A DNA stretch of 64,000 nt, taken from the NCBI GenBank assembly GCA_964545855.1, contig CAZJHD010000023.1, forward strand, positions 2,423 to 66,422. The letters are read 5' to 3'. The DNA is from an uncultured Planctomycetales bacterium (GTDB lineage Bacteria > Planctomycetota > UBA1135 > JACQFD01). Each line of letters starts with the position of its first letter. The first letter of the stretch is position 1. A program made the position numbers and the translations under genes. Below are positions 18,048-25,736 of this stretch, one piece after another. Under the pieces are notes generated by a model. It had not been told where the DNA came from and ran no database searches. It saw only the letters and a list, made by a program, of their open reading frames with translations.

Positions 18048-19243
18048 AGGCGCTTCTCCCCGCGGACCTCGTTGCCCGGGTTGCCGAGGAAGTCGCCCGT
18101 GCGGACGTAGTTGAACGAGAGGCTCGTCACGAGCGCCGTCATGTGCGCCATCTGCAGCGGCAGGTTCTCCGGATCGGTCCGGAGGCCGAGCGCGTCGCAG
18201 CGCTCCTCGACGAAGAGGAGGAGGCTCCGCACGATCTCGTAGCGCGCTCCCGTCATGTCGGAGATCGCCGTCGCGATGCCGGCGCGGAATCGGCTCAGCA
18301 GCTCGGTGACGGGCGTTCCGTCCCCCGCCGCGAAGCAGTTGCGCAGGTCGCCGTCGAGGAACGCGCCGATGCGTTCCGCCGGCTCACGGCTCGAACGCCT
18401 CGCGTAGAAGTCCGCGAGCACGACGTCGAGCTCGTCCTCGTCCTCTTCGTCCTCGTCCTCCTCCGGCTCCTCGGGCTCCTCCTCGGCGTCCTCGTCCGTC
18501 TCCGGAAGGCCCTCCGGCGGCACGATCGGATCCTTGGGGCCGAACTCCGCCATCACGCGCTCGACGTACTCGAGCTTCGGGAGGGCGCCCGTGCCCGCGT
18601 AGCGTTCGCGCCAGTCGGAGTCGGGAGTGAGCCACACGGCGAACGTCTCCGCGAAGTCCTCCTCGGGATGCATCTGCGCGTACCAGCCCGGCAGATGACG
18701 AACGAACTGCCGCGAGTGCGGCGACGGGCAGTAGTCGTCGAAGTAGGGACGCGAGAACGAGCCGAAGAGATCGGTCCACTCGCTCGAGCGAAAGAGCTCG
18801 TAGGCGTAGTTGAGCGCGTGCCCCGCCTCGTGCCGCATGTACTTGGAGATCCGTTGGTCGTCCTCCAGGTCGTCCGTGAGCTGCTTCTCGAGGCGCGAGA
18901 GCTCCTCCTTCGCGAGATAGAAGGGCACGCCGATGATCGGCACGCCCTCGGGCACGCCCCATTCGTCCGAGAGATAGACGGGAGGCTTGAAGCGAATCCC
19001 CTTCGCATCGAGCTCCGCGTAGAGCTCCTTCACGTGCGGCTCGAGGGGCGATCCGGCGATCGTGAGTCCGAGATCGCGGACACGCTTGCTCAGCAGCTCG
19101 GCCGGGAGCGGCTCGGCCTCGGGCGCCGGCTTCGCTCGGCCCTTCGACTTCGACGCCGACGCACGCTTCGAGGGATTGGGGGTTCGACCGGCCAAGGGCG
19201 CGACAGTGTGACATTCCGATCTCGCCCCGCCAGATTCGCCCAA
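18044..19243 (-). CDS. Putative zinc metallopeptidase (HExxH; Peptidase_Mx-like as far as I recall)
   Basis: The HExxH motif is in YMRHEAGHALNY, with downstream EEDFAETFAVW. There is an acidic linker (ETDEDAEEEPEEPEEDEDEEDEDELD) and a C-terminal helical domain. The track start is TTG and no in-frame ATG lies nearby, so the start is uncertain. Confidence 0.65.
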   Translation of the reverse strand: MGESGGARSECHTVAPLAGRTPNPSKRASASKSKGRAKPAPEAEPLPAELLSKRVRDLGLTIAGSPLEPHVKELYAELDAKGIRFKPPVYLSDEWGVPEGVPIIGVPFYLAKEELSRLEKQLTDDLEDDQRISKYMRHEAGHALNYAYELFRSSEWTDLFGSFSRPYFDDYCPSPHSRQFVRHLPGWYAQMHPEEDFAETFAVWLTPDSDWRERYAGTGALPKLEYVERVMAEFGPKDPIVPPEGLPETDEDAEEEPEEPEEDEDEEDEDELDVVLADFYARRSSREPAERIGAFLDGDLRNCFAAGDGTPVTELLSRFRAGIATAISDMTGARYEIVRSLLLFVEERCDALGLRTDPENLPLQMAHMTALVTSLSFNYVRTGDFLGNPGNEVRGEKRL

Positions 19244-19246
19244 TCC

Positions 19247-19259
19247 GTTATTCTATAAC
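19247..19259. promoter_or_regulatory. AT-rich palindrome GTTATTCTATAAC; candidate -10 (TAGAAT on the minus strand) or operator
   Basis: This is the only strongly AT-rich stretch noticed in this part of the window. On the minus strand TAGAAT (19255-19250) has TCGACC 17 nt upstream. It overlaps the nitroreductase stop and sits immediately 5' of the peptidase ORF. Confidence 0.2.
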
Positions 19260-19940
19260 GACTTGAGCGCGTCGGTCGATATCGGGATCCACCAGCAGGA
19301 CCCGATCGAGAGGCTTGCGCGCGAGGTCGGGGACGGCGCAGTCGGCGGCGGGGTAGCCGATCGGCACGATCGCGAAGGCCTTCTCGTTCGGCGGCCTGCG
19401 CAGGAGCTCCCCGAGGAAACGCATGGGGCTCGGCGTGTGCACGAGCGTCGCGAGACCGGCCGACGCCGCCGAGGCGAGGAGCATCCCGAGCGCGATGCCC
19501 ACGGACTCCGTGACGTAGTAGTTCTTGCCGTGCGAGCCGTCGGGTCGCAGCTCGAAGGTCTGCGCGAAGACGACGACGACCCACGGCGCCGTCGTCAGGT
19601 GCTCCTTCACCGCGTCGGTGCCGAGCGGGGCGAGATCGCGCTTCCACTCCTCCGGCATGCGCCACGCGTAGTTCGCTCGCTCTTCCTCCTCAGCCGCTGC
19701 GCGGATGCGCGCCTTCGTCTCGGAGTCGGAAACGGCGACGAAGGTCCAGGGCTGCTTGTGCGCGCCCGACGGCGCCGTGGAGGCCGACGCGATCATGATC
19801 TCGAGGAGCTCCCGCGGCACCGGGTCCGGCGCGAAGGCGCGCACGGAGCGGCGCCCCTCGAGGGTCTCGTGGAGAGCGCGGGCGCGACGCAGGCTCTCCT
19901 CGACGGGGAGACGCCGAGGCCGATAGGGAACGGAGCGCAT
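19248..19940 (-). CDS. Nitroreductase-family flavoprotein
   Basis: Typical N-terminal RRSVRAF, then PSGAHKQPW, and length about 230 aa. Confidence 0.8.
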   Translation of the reverse strand: MRSVPYRPRRLPVEESLRRARALHETLEGRRSVRAFAPDPVPRELLEIMIASASTAPSGAHKQPWTFVAVSDSETKARIRAAAEEEERANYAWRMPEEWKRDLAPLGTDAVKEHLTTAPWVVVVFAQTFELRPDGSHGKNYYVTESVGIALGMLLASAASAGLATLVHTPSPMRFLGELLRRPPNEKAFAIVPIGYPAADCAVPDLARKPLDRVLLVDPDIDRRAQVVIE

Positions 19941-20036
19941 GGCGGAAGGAGGCCCGCCGCGCGGCCCTTTGTAAAGCGCCGTCGGCGCGGCCCGCTACGC
20001 TGGACGCGCCGTGCACGCACCGCCTCCGCTCCCACG

Positions 20037-21431
20037 ATGATCCCGCTGCTCGTCACGGCCGCGCTGCTCGCCGGCGCGGCTCCCCTGGACGCCCCGGTGC
20101 TCTCCGATCGGCACCGGGGCATCGTGATCGAGTGGATCGAGATGCTCCCGCGCGTCGCCGTGCATGACGAGGGCGACCGGAGCGCGCCCCGGGCCGGCTC
20201 GAAGCTCCGATTCGTGGCGCACCTTCGCAACACCGGCGCGTCGGCCGCCGCGCCCGGCGCCGTCCGCTGGACCGTCGACGGCGAGCCGATCGCGGAGAGC
20301 CGCATCGACGCTCCCCTCGGCGCCGGCGAGCGATCGACCCTCGAGACTCCGTGGGTCGCCGGCGCGGGCCGCGCCCTCGTGGAGCTCGCGCTCCCCGACC
20401 TCGGTGAGTCGTGCTCCTTCGCGACGGACGCGCAGCGCATCCATGCCGCCATCGAGAAGACGACTTTGGAAACGCTGGAGCTGCAGATCGGCTCCCTGCC
20501 GCGGCGCCTGCAGGGAGAGCTCGCGCGTCTCCATGCGTCCTTCGCGGCGGCGCGCTACGCGGGCGTCACGCCCGAGGGGATCACCGAACGATTCCGGCTC
20601 GATCGCGTGAGCGTCTGGGAGCGCACCAGCGAGACGACGCGGCCCACGGACTTCGAGTCGCATCCCGAATCCGACGTGCTCGTCTCCTTCGCCGAGGGCG
20701 CGGGCGCGACGGCCTACCACTTCCCCCAGCACTCGATCGCGCACGGCTTCCTCGTCGAGGCGAAGGGGCTCCTGTCGCGCGCCGCCGAGAACGCGCTCTT
20801 CCACGAGCTGGGGCACTTCCGCGGGATTCCCGACCTCTACGTGATGCCCGTGGAGCGCGGCGCCGTCGGTCTCCGCAAGCGCGACGGCTCGCTCCTGCTG
20901 GAGGAGGCGCCGCTCCCCCCATCGCTGGCCCGCTGCACCATGAACGATCATTTCGTAAAGCTCCAATGGAGCGAGTACGCGGCGGCCGTGATGGAGCGCA
21001 AGCGCGGCATCGCGCGCGTCGGTCTCTGCTGGGAGCCACGAACGCCCCTCGGGCACATGTGGCGCGACCTCCCGGGGCGAGTCCGCCTGCGCGTGCGCGA
21101 CGCGAACGGTGCGCCCCTCGAGGGCGTCGAGGTGCGCGTCTACCGCTCCGGGATGCACAAGAGCCCCGACGGAGTGCCGCTCCGCGTCCAGGGCGTGCGT
21201 GCGGACGCGCTCCCCTACGCGAGCGCCGCGACGGACGCGGAGGGCTCCATGCTCGTGGCGGGCGACTACCTCGGCCGCTCCGAGAGCATGCCCTTCCGCA
21301 GCTTCTGGCTCCTCGCCGTCGCCGACGACGGAACGCAGGAGCGCGCGACGGTGATCCTCGGCTGCGACCTCAACCTGCGATTCTGGAAGGGCGAGACGGC
21401 GGAGACGACGGTCGACATCGCGGCGCCGTGA
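20037..21431 (+). CDS. Secreted hypothetical protein with HExxH zincin-like motif
   Basis: ATG 20037 lies within ORF 19263..21431. The signal-like N-terminus is MIPLLVTAALLAGAAPL. It has a CARDB-like N-terminal beta domain, the motif NALFHELGHFRGIPDLY, and a C-terminal VRLRVRDANGAPLEGVEVRVY module. Confidence 0.65.
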   Translation: MIPLLVTAALLAGAAPLDAPVLSDRHRGIVIEWIEMLPRVAVHDEGDRSAPRAGSKLRFVAHLRNTGASAAAPGAVRWTVDGEPIAESRIDAPLGAGERSTLETPWVAGAGRALVELALPDLGESCSFATDAQRIHAAIEKTTLETLELQIGSLPRRLQGELARLHASFAAARYAGVTPEGITERFRLDRVSVWERTSETTRPTDFESHPESDVLVSFAEGAGATAYHFPQHSIAHGFLVEAKGLLSRAAENALFHELGHFRGIPDLYVMPVERGAVGLRKRDGSLLLEEAPLPPSLARCTMNDHFVKLQWSEYAAAVMERKRGIARVGLCWEPRTPLGHMWRDLPGRVRLRVRDANGAPLEGVEVRVYRSGMHKSPDGVPLRVQGVRADALPYASAATDAEGSMLVAGDYLGRSESMPFRSFWLLAVADDGTQERATVILGCDLNLRFWKGETAETTVDIAAP

Positions 21432-21458
21432 GCGGGAGCGCGGGAGCGGCGGCAGCCC

Positions 21459-23447
21459 TCAGCCGCTCCGCTCCGACGCACCGCGCTCGGCCGGCTTCGC
21501 GACGGCTTCGCTCGGCGCGCGCGCGACCAGCACCTCGCGGTCGAGGCGCAGGAGCTCGCCCACGGACCAGGCCTGGAACGGGCATCCGCGGGGCGTCCAG
21601 GGAGGCTCGGCGTCGGCGATCTCGGAGACGTGGCCGAGGCCCGCTTCCCCGAGGTGCCGCATCAGGGGCCGGAGGAATCGCTCGCGCGCGTCGCGGATCG
21701 CCTCGGGGGTCTCGCCGCGGACGCGCACCCAGGCCTCGACGAAGGGGCCGGCGAGCCAGGGCCAGACGGTGCCTTGGTGGTAGGCGCCGTCGCGCGCGCG
21801 GACTCCGCCTTCGTAGTGCGCCGCATAGCCGGGCTCGCCCGGTGCGAGGCTCCGCAGGCCGAGCGGCGTCGCGAGCTCGCGCTCCACCACGTCGACGAGG
21901 CGACGCGCGCGGCGTCGGTCGAGGAGGCCGAGGGGCAGCCCGCCCACGGCGAGGATCTGGTTCGGGCGCAGCGTCCCGTCGACGCGGCCGTCGACGTGGT
22001 CCACGTCGACGACGTCGTAGAGACACTCGCGCTCTGCGTTCCAGAAGCGCTTCGCGAAGGAGTCCTTGCCGAGCCGGAACGCGTCGCGCCAGCGCTTCGA
22101 TCGCTCGCCGGCGAGGGCCAGCGCGTTCAGCCAGAGCGCCTGCACCTCGACGGGCTTGCCGATCCGCGGCGTCACGACCCAGTCGCCGACCTTCGCGTCC
22201 ATCCAGGTGAGCTGCACGCCCGGCTCCCCCGCAGCGAGGAGGCCGTCCGCGCTGGCGCGGATGCCGTGCCGCGTTCCCCTCGTGTAGCCCTCGAGGATCG
22301 CGTCGACGGCCGCCTCGAGCTGGCGGCGAACGGCCGGCGCGACGCCCTGCGCTCCCTTGCGCTGCAGCCACTCGTGGACGGCGACGACGTACCAGAGCGA
22401 TGCGTCGACGGAGTTGTACTCGGCGGCCTCGCCCCGGTCGGAGAAGCGGTTGGGGAGCATCCCTTCGGACACGGCCCCGGCCCACTCGCGCAGGATCCCC
22501 TCGGCCTCGTCGAGCCGGTCGGTCGCGAAGCAGATCCCGCGCATCGCGAGGAACGTGTCGCGGCCCCAGTCGGAGAACCACGGATAGCCGGCGACGATGG
22601 TGTGGCCCCTGCCGCGGCGCACGACGTAGGCGTCGGCGGCGCGCTCGAGGGGCGCCGCGAATCGGCGCCGCCGTTCGCGCTCCGATTCGAGGAGTCCCTC
22701 GACCTCCGTCGTGCCGAGGACGGGGACGCCGCGTGCGCCGACCACGCCCTCCGCTTCCAGGACCATCCACGCGTCGCCGCCGGAGAGGTCGAAGCGGAGC
22801 ACGCCCGGGGAGGCAAGGTCCTCCAGGTGATCGAGACCGCGCGCGCGCTCCTCGGAGTAGAGGAAGCTGCGGTACCACTCGGGAGCGTGTCCGTAGCGGC
22901 CGTTGCTCTGGAGACGGACGGCGGGAACGTCGGCGTAGGGCTGGAAGCGGACGGCGTTGCCGTCGGCGCGCGCCTCGAAGCGGAACGCGCCGTTCTCGCG
23001 ATGGAGCCCGTGCGGATCGCGGCCCGAGAGGAGCGGCCGCACGCCGAGCGCCACGCCGGGGCGGCGGCTCACGAGCCGGAAGCGGACGAGGACGGCCGCG
23101 CGCCCGTGGAGCGCGACCACTTCCTGCTCGATGCGTGTGCCGTCCTCCAGGAGGAAGTGCCAGTGGGGCCACGGCTCGGAGGCGAAGCTCTCGATGCGGT
23201 TCGCGCCGTCGGGGTGCAGGACGTCGGGTGCGTAGAGCTGCGTGGAGATCGGGAAGGACCCGCCCGGCGCGTCGACCCACGCCTCGAGCCCGTTCACCAG
23301 GACGAACCGCTCCGTCGGTGGGAGCGCCGCCGCGAGGAGGAGCGCGTGATAGCGACGCGTGCGTCGCAGACCGACGGTTCCCGACGCGAACCCGCCGAGG
23401 CCGTCGGCCTCGAGCCACTCCGCCGCGCCGTCGAGGTTCCGATGCAT
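21459..23447 (-). CDS. Glycogen debranching enzyme (amylo-alpha-1,6-glucosidase family)
   Basis: Family strings are EWLEADGLGGFASGT, RRYHALL, IVAGYPWFSDWGRDTF, LPNRF, YNSVDASLW, TWMDAKVGDWVVTPR, GKPVEVQALW, LRPNQI and YHQGTVWPWL. ATG 23447 is preceded by GGAGGAG. Confidence 0.85.
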   Translation of the reverse strand: MHRNLDGAAEWLEADGLGGFASGTVGLRRTRRYHALLLAAALPPTERFVLVNGLEAWVDAPGGSFPISTQLYAPDVLHPDGANRIESFASEPWPHWHFLLEDGTRIEQEVVALHGRAAVLVRFRLVSRRPGVALGVRPLLSGRDPHGLHRENGAFRFEARADGNAVRFQPYADVPAVRLQSNGRYGHAPEWYRSFLYSEERARGLDHLEDLASPGVLRFDLSGGDAWMVLEAEGVVGARGVPVLGTTEVEGLLESERERRRRFAAPLERAADAYVVRRGRGHTIVAGYPWFSDWGRDTFLAMRGICFATDRLDEAEGILREWAGAVSEGMLPNRFSDRGEAAEYNSVDASLWYVVAVHEWLQRKGAQGVAPAVRRQLEAAVDAILEGYTRGTRHGIRASADGLLAAGEPGVQLTWMDAKVGDWVVTPRIGKPVEVQALWLNALALAGERSKRWRDAFRLGKDSFAKRFWNAERECLYDVVDVDHVDGRVDGTLRPNQILAVGGLPLGLLDRRRARRLVDVVERELATPLGLRSLAPGEPGYAAHYEGGVRARDGAYHQGTVWPWLAGPFVEAWVRVRGETPEAIRDARERFLRPLMRHLGEAGLGHVSEIADAEPPWTPRGCPFQAWSVGELLRLDREVLVARAPSEAVAKPAERGASERSG

Positions 23448-23645
23448 CGAACTCCTCCGCTGCGTCCCTTCGGTGGAGACGGAATCCGACGCCGCCTCGG
23501 GGGCGCCGGCGCGCGGAGGATAGGGATTGGGGTCCGTGCCCGCCATGGGACCCGAGCGATCATTCGATGCGTCCGACATGGCATCGTGCGATGCGGGGCC
23601 GCAGGGACCGTTTCGGGCGCTGCGCTCGCCCGCTCGGGAACGACC

Positions 23646-23683
23646 GTCGCCCGCGACCGGCCTCGAGGTCGATCGCGGGCGAC
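23646..23683 (-). terminator. Perfect 11-bp stem hairpin (no U-tract), possible terminator or attenuator
   Basis: GTCGCCCGCGA (23646-23656) and TCGCGGGCGAC (23673-23683) are exact reverse complements separated by a 16-nt loop. The hairpin lies 33 nt downstream of the micro-ORF stop and upstream of the debranching-enzyme start. Confidence 0.2.
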
Positions 23684-23715
23684 GGAGATGAAGGAGACTC
23701 GAGACGACGCCGGGT

Positions 23716-23892
23716 TCAGCGCTTCGGCGGCTGTCCCGGCATCCCGGGCTTCGGAGGAGCCTGACCCGGCATTCCCGGCTTCGGAGGCGCGGGAGCCGGC
23801 TGCGCCGGCTTCGGAGGAGCCTGACCGGGCTGACCCGGCTTGCCCGGTTGCTGCGGAGGATTCTGCTTCTGGGGAGGATTCGGTTGCGCCAT
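23716..23892 (-). CDS. Candidate 58-aa Pro/Gln/Lys-rich repeat micro-protein
   Basis: ATG 23892 is preceded by GGAG. Sequence is MAQPNPPQKQNPPQQPGKPGQPGQAPPKPAQPAPAPPKPGMPGQAPPKPGMPGQPPKR. It is low complexity, so coding status is unproven. Confidence 0.3.
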   Translation of the reverse strand: MAQPNPPQKQNPPQQPGKPGQPGQAPPKPAQPAPAPPKPGMPGQAPPKPGMPGQPPKR

Positions 23893-23979
23893 GGGGATCT
23901 CCGGGATCGCCGGAGTTCGAACGCGTGCGAGGAATTGCAGAGGGCTCGGAGCACGCCGCCCGAAGCCGGGCGCGCGCCC

Positions 23980-23995
23980 GTCACGATCCGTGCCC
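23980..23995 (-). promoter_or_regulatory. Weak sigma-54-like promoter candidate
   Basis: The minus strand reads GGGCACGGATCGTGAC. The -24 element GGCACG is perfect, but the -12 element reads GTGA instead of TTGC. It lies about 90 nt upstream of the micro-ORF ATG and is divergent from the sigma-54 activator gene. Confidence 0.2.
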
Positions 23996-24141
23996 ACGGA
24001 GGTCACCGTCCCCTCGGGCGAGCCAGCGCCCCGTGCCGCATGTGGTTGCGCGCGGGGGGACGTCCCGCCGACCGACGCCCCCTCGGCCGATCGGCGTCCC
24101 GAGCCGGACGAATCGGCGCTAGGCTTCCGAGACTTCGGCAC

Positions 24142-24249
24142 GGTTGCGAAAGAACCGCCGCTGCAGGCCCGAGGCCGAGCGAGAGCGAGCGACGAAACCA
24201 CAGCCGCTCGCAGCCGGCGGTCGCTCGGCGCCGATTCATTCACGACCTC
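24142..24249. repeat. Intergenic imperfect-palindrome repeat element, copy B (short, opposite orientation to A)
   Basis: It shares an identical 27-nt block (GGCCCGAGGCCGAGCGAGAGCGAGCGA) with the reverse complement of copy A. It also shares CAGCCGCTCGCAGCCGG and the terminus CGGCGCCGATTCATTCACGACCTC. Confidence 0.7.
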
Positions 24250-24259
24250 GGAGATCCAC

Positions 24260-25723
24260 GTGATCCTTCGCGCTCTCTCGATGCTCCAGCGTGCGGCCGT
24301 CGCGCGCCGGGTGCATGCGCTCCTCCCGGCTCGCCGCGTCCTCGTCACGAGTCTTCGCTCTCGGGAGCGTCCCGCGGAGCTCTTCGAGCGAGACCCCTTC
24401 GACGCGCTCCTGGTGGACGGCGACGCCTTCGTCGGCCGCGCGGGAGAACGCTGCGCGGCGCTGCGCGATCTGCCGGAGCCGCCGGAGATCCTCGCCTTCG
24501 TCGATCACGAGGATCCCGCCCTTCGGGCTCGCCTCCTGGCGAAGGGAATCCTCGCCGTCGTCTACCTGGGTCTTCCGGACGAGGAGATCCGCGGCGCGCT
24601 CGCGACCCTCGCCGAGCGCATCGCCGACACGGTCCTGCACCGTCTGCGCCGGGAGCTCTCGGAGACGGCGGGCAGGTTCAGCGACTTCGCCTCCTCGAGC
24701 CCGGCGATGCGGGAGCTCCTCGACCTCTCCGAGAGAGTCGCACCCTCCGACAGCTCCCTCCTGATCCTGGGAGAGACCGGCGTCGGGAAGGAGCACCTGG
24801 CCCGCGCCATCCATGGGACGAGCCGCTCGAAGGGGCCCTTCGTGCCCGTGAACTGCGCGGCGATCCCGGAGCCGCTCCTCGAGAGCGAGCTCTTCGGCCA
24901 CGTGGCGGGCGCCTTCACGGGCGCGACGCGCGGTCGGCGCGGGCACTTCGAGACCGCCGACCGGGGAACCCTCTTCCTCGACGAGATCGGCGAGCTGCAG
25001 CCGCATCTCCAGGTGAAGCTGCTGCGAGTCCTGCAGGAGAAACGCGTCCAGCCGCTCGGGTCGGAGCGCACGATCGACGTCGACGCGCGCGTCATGGCCG
25101 CGACGAACTGCGACCTCGCGGCGGAGATGAAGGCCCGGAAGTTCCGTTCCGACCTCTACTACCGTCTCGCGGTCGTGACCCTGTCGATCCCGCCGCTGCG
25201 AGACCGGCGCGACGACATCGCGGCGATCGCGCATAGCCACGTCGTCGCGCTGCGCGCGCGCTGGGCCCGTCCGTCGGCGAGGCTCGGCGAGGACGCGCTC
25301 GCCTGCCTGCTGCGGTACGACTGGCCCGGCAACGTCCGGGAGCTCGTGAACGTCCTCGAGAGAGCCGTCCTGCTCTCGGCGGACGGCGAGATCCTCCCGT
25401 CCCACCTCCCCGGAGCCATCCGGAACGCCGGTCCCACGAGGGAGCCCTCCTCGATCCTCGCCGCACCGCGGCTCGCCGGCAGCGACCCGACGCATCGTCC
25501 CTGGCGCGAAGCGCGCGAGGAACTCCTCCGCCAGTTCGACGCGACGTACTTCCGCGAGCTCCTGCATCGGTGCGGCGGCCGCGTCGGCGACGCCGCGGCG
25601 CTCGCGGGGATCGACCCACGCCTGCTCTACACGCGCATGCGCGAGCTCGGCCTCCGCAAGGAGGACTTCCGGATCGTCCGCCGGCAGGGCCCTGCCGTCC
25701 CCGCGAGCGCGGATCCGACCTGA
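24260..25723 (+). CDS. Sigma-54-dependent Fis-family transcriptional activator (bacterial enhancer-binding protein)
   Basis: AAA+ motifs are GETGVGKE, ESELFGHVAGAFTGA and GTLFLDEIGEL. The C-terminal Fis-type HTH is GRVGDAAALAGIDPRLLYTRMRELGL. The N-terminus is receiver-like. GTG 24260 is preceded by GGAG, and ATG 24281 is an alternative. Confidence 0.85.
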   Translation: MILRALSMLQRAAVARRVHALLPARRVLVTSLRSRERPAELFERDPFDALLVDGDAFVGRAGERCAALRDLPEPPEILAFVDHEDPALRARLLAKGILAVVYLGLPDEEIRGALATLAERIADTVLHRLRRELSETAGRFSDFASSSPAMRELLDLSERVAPSDSSLLILGETGVGKEHLARAIHGTSRSKGPFVPVNCAAIPEPLLESELFGHVAGAFTGATRGRRGHFETADRGTLFLDEIGELQPHLQVKLLRVLQEKRVQPLGSERTIDVDARVMAATNCDLAAEMKARKFRSDLYYRLAVVTLSIPPLRDRRDDIAAIAHSHVVALRARWARPSARLGEDALACLLRYDWPGNVRELVNVLERAVLLSADGEILPSHLPGAIRNAGPTREPSSILAAPRLAGSDPTHRPWREAREELLRQFDATYFRELLHRCGGRVGDAAALAGIDPRLLYTRMRELGLRKEDFRIVRRQGPAVPASADPT

Positions 25724-25736
25724 GCCCCCCAGCCTC

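Noticed and set aside
23448-23579. An N-terminal extension of the glycogen debranching enzyme from an upstream in-frame ATG (MSDASNDRSGPMAGTDPNPYPPRAG...).
   Set aside because: The extension is low complexity. The ATG at 23447 has a strong GGAGGAG site, and homologous enzymes begin close to the EWL..DG.GG motif. It cannot be fully excluded.
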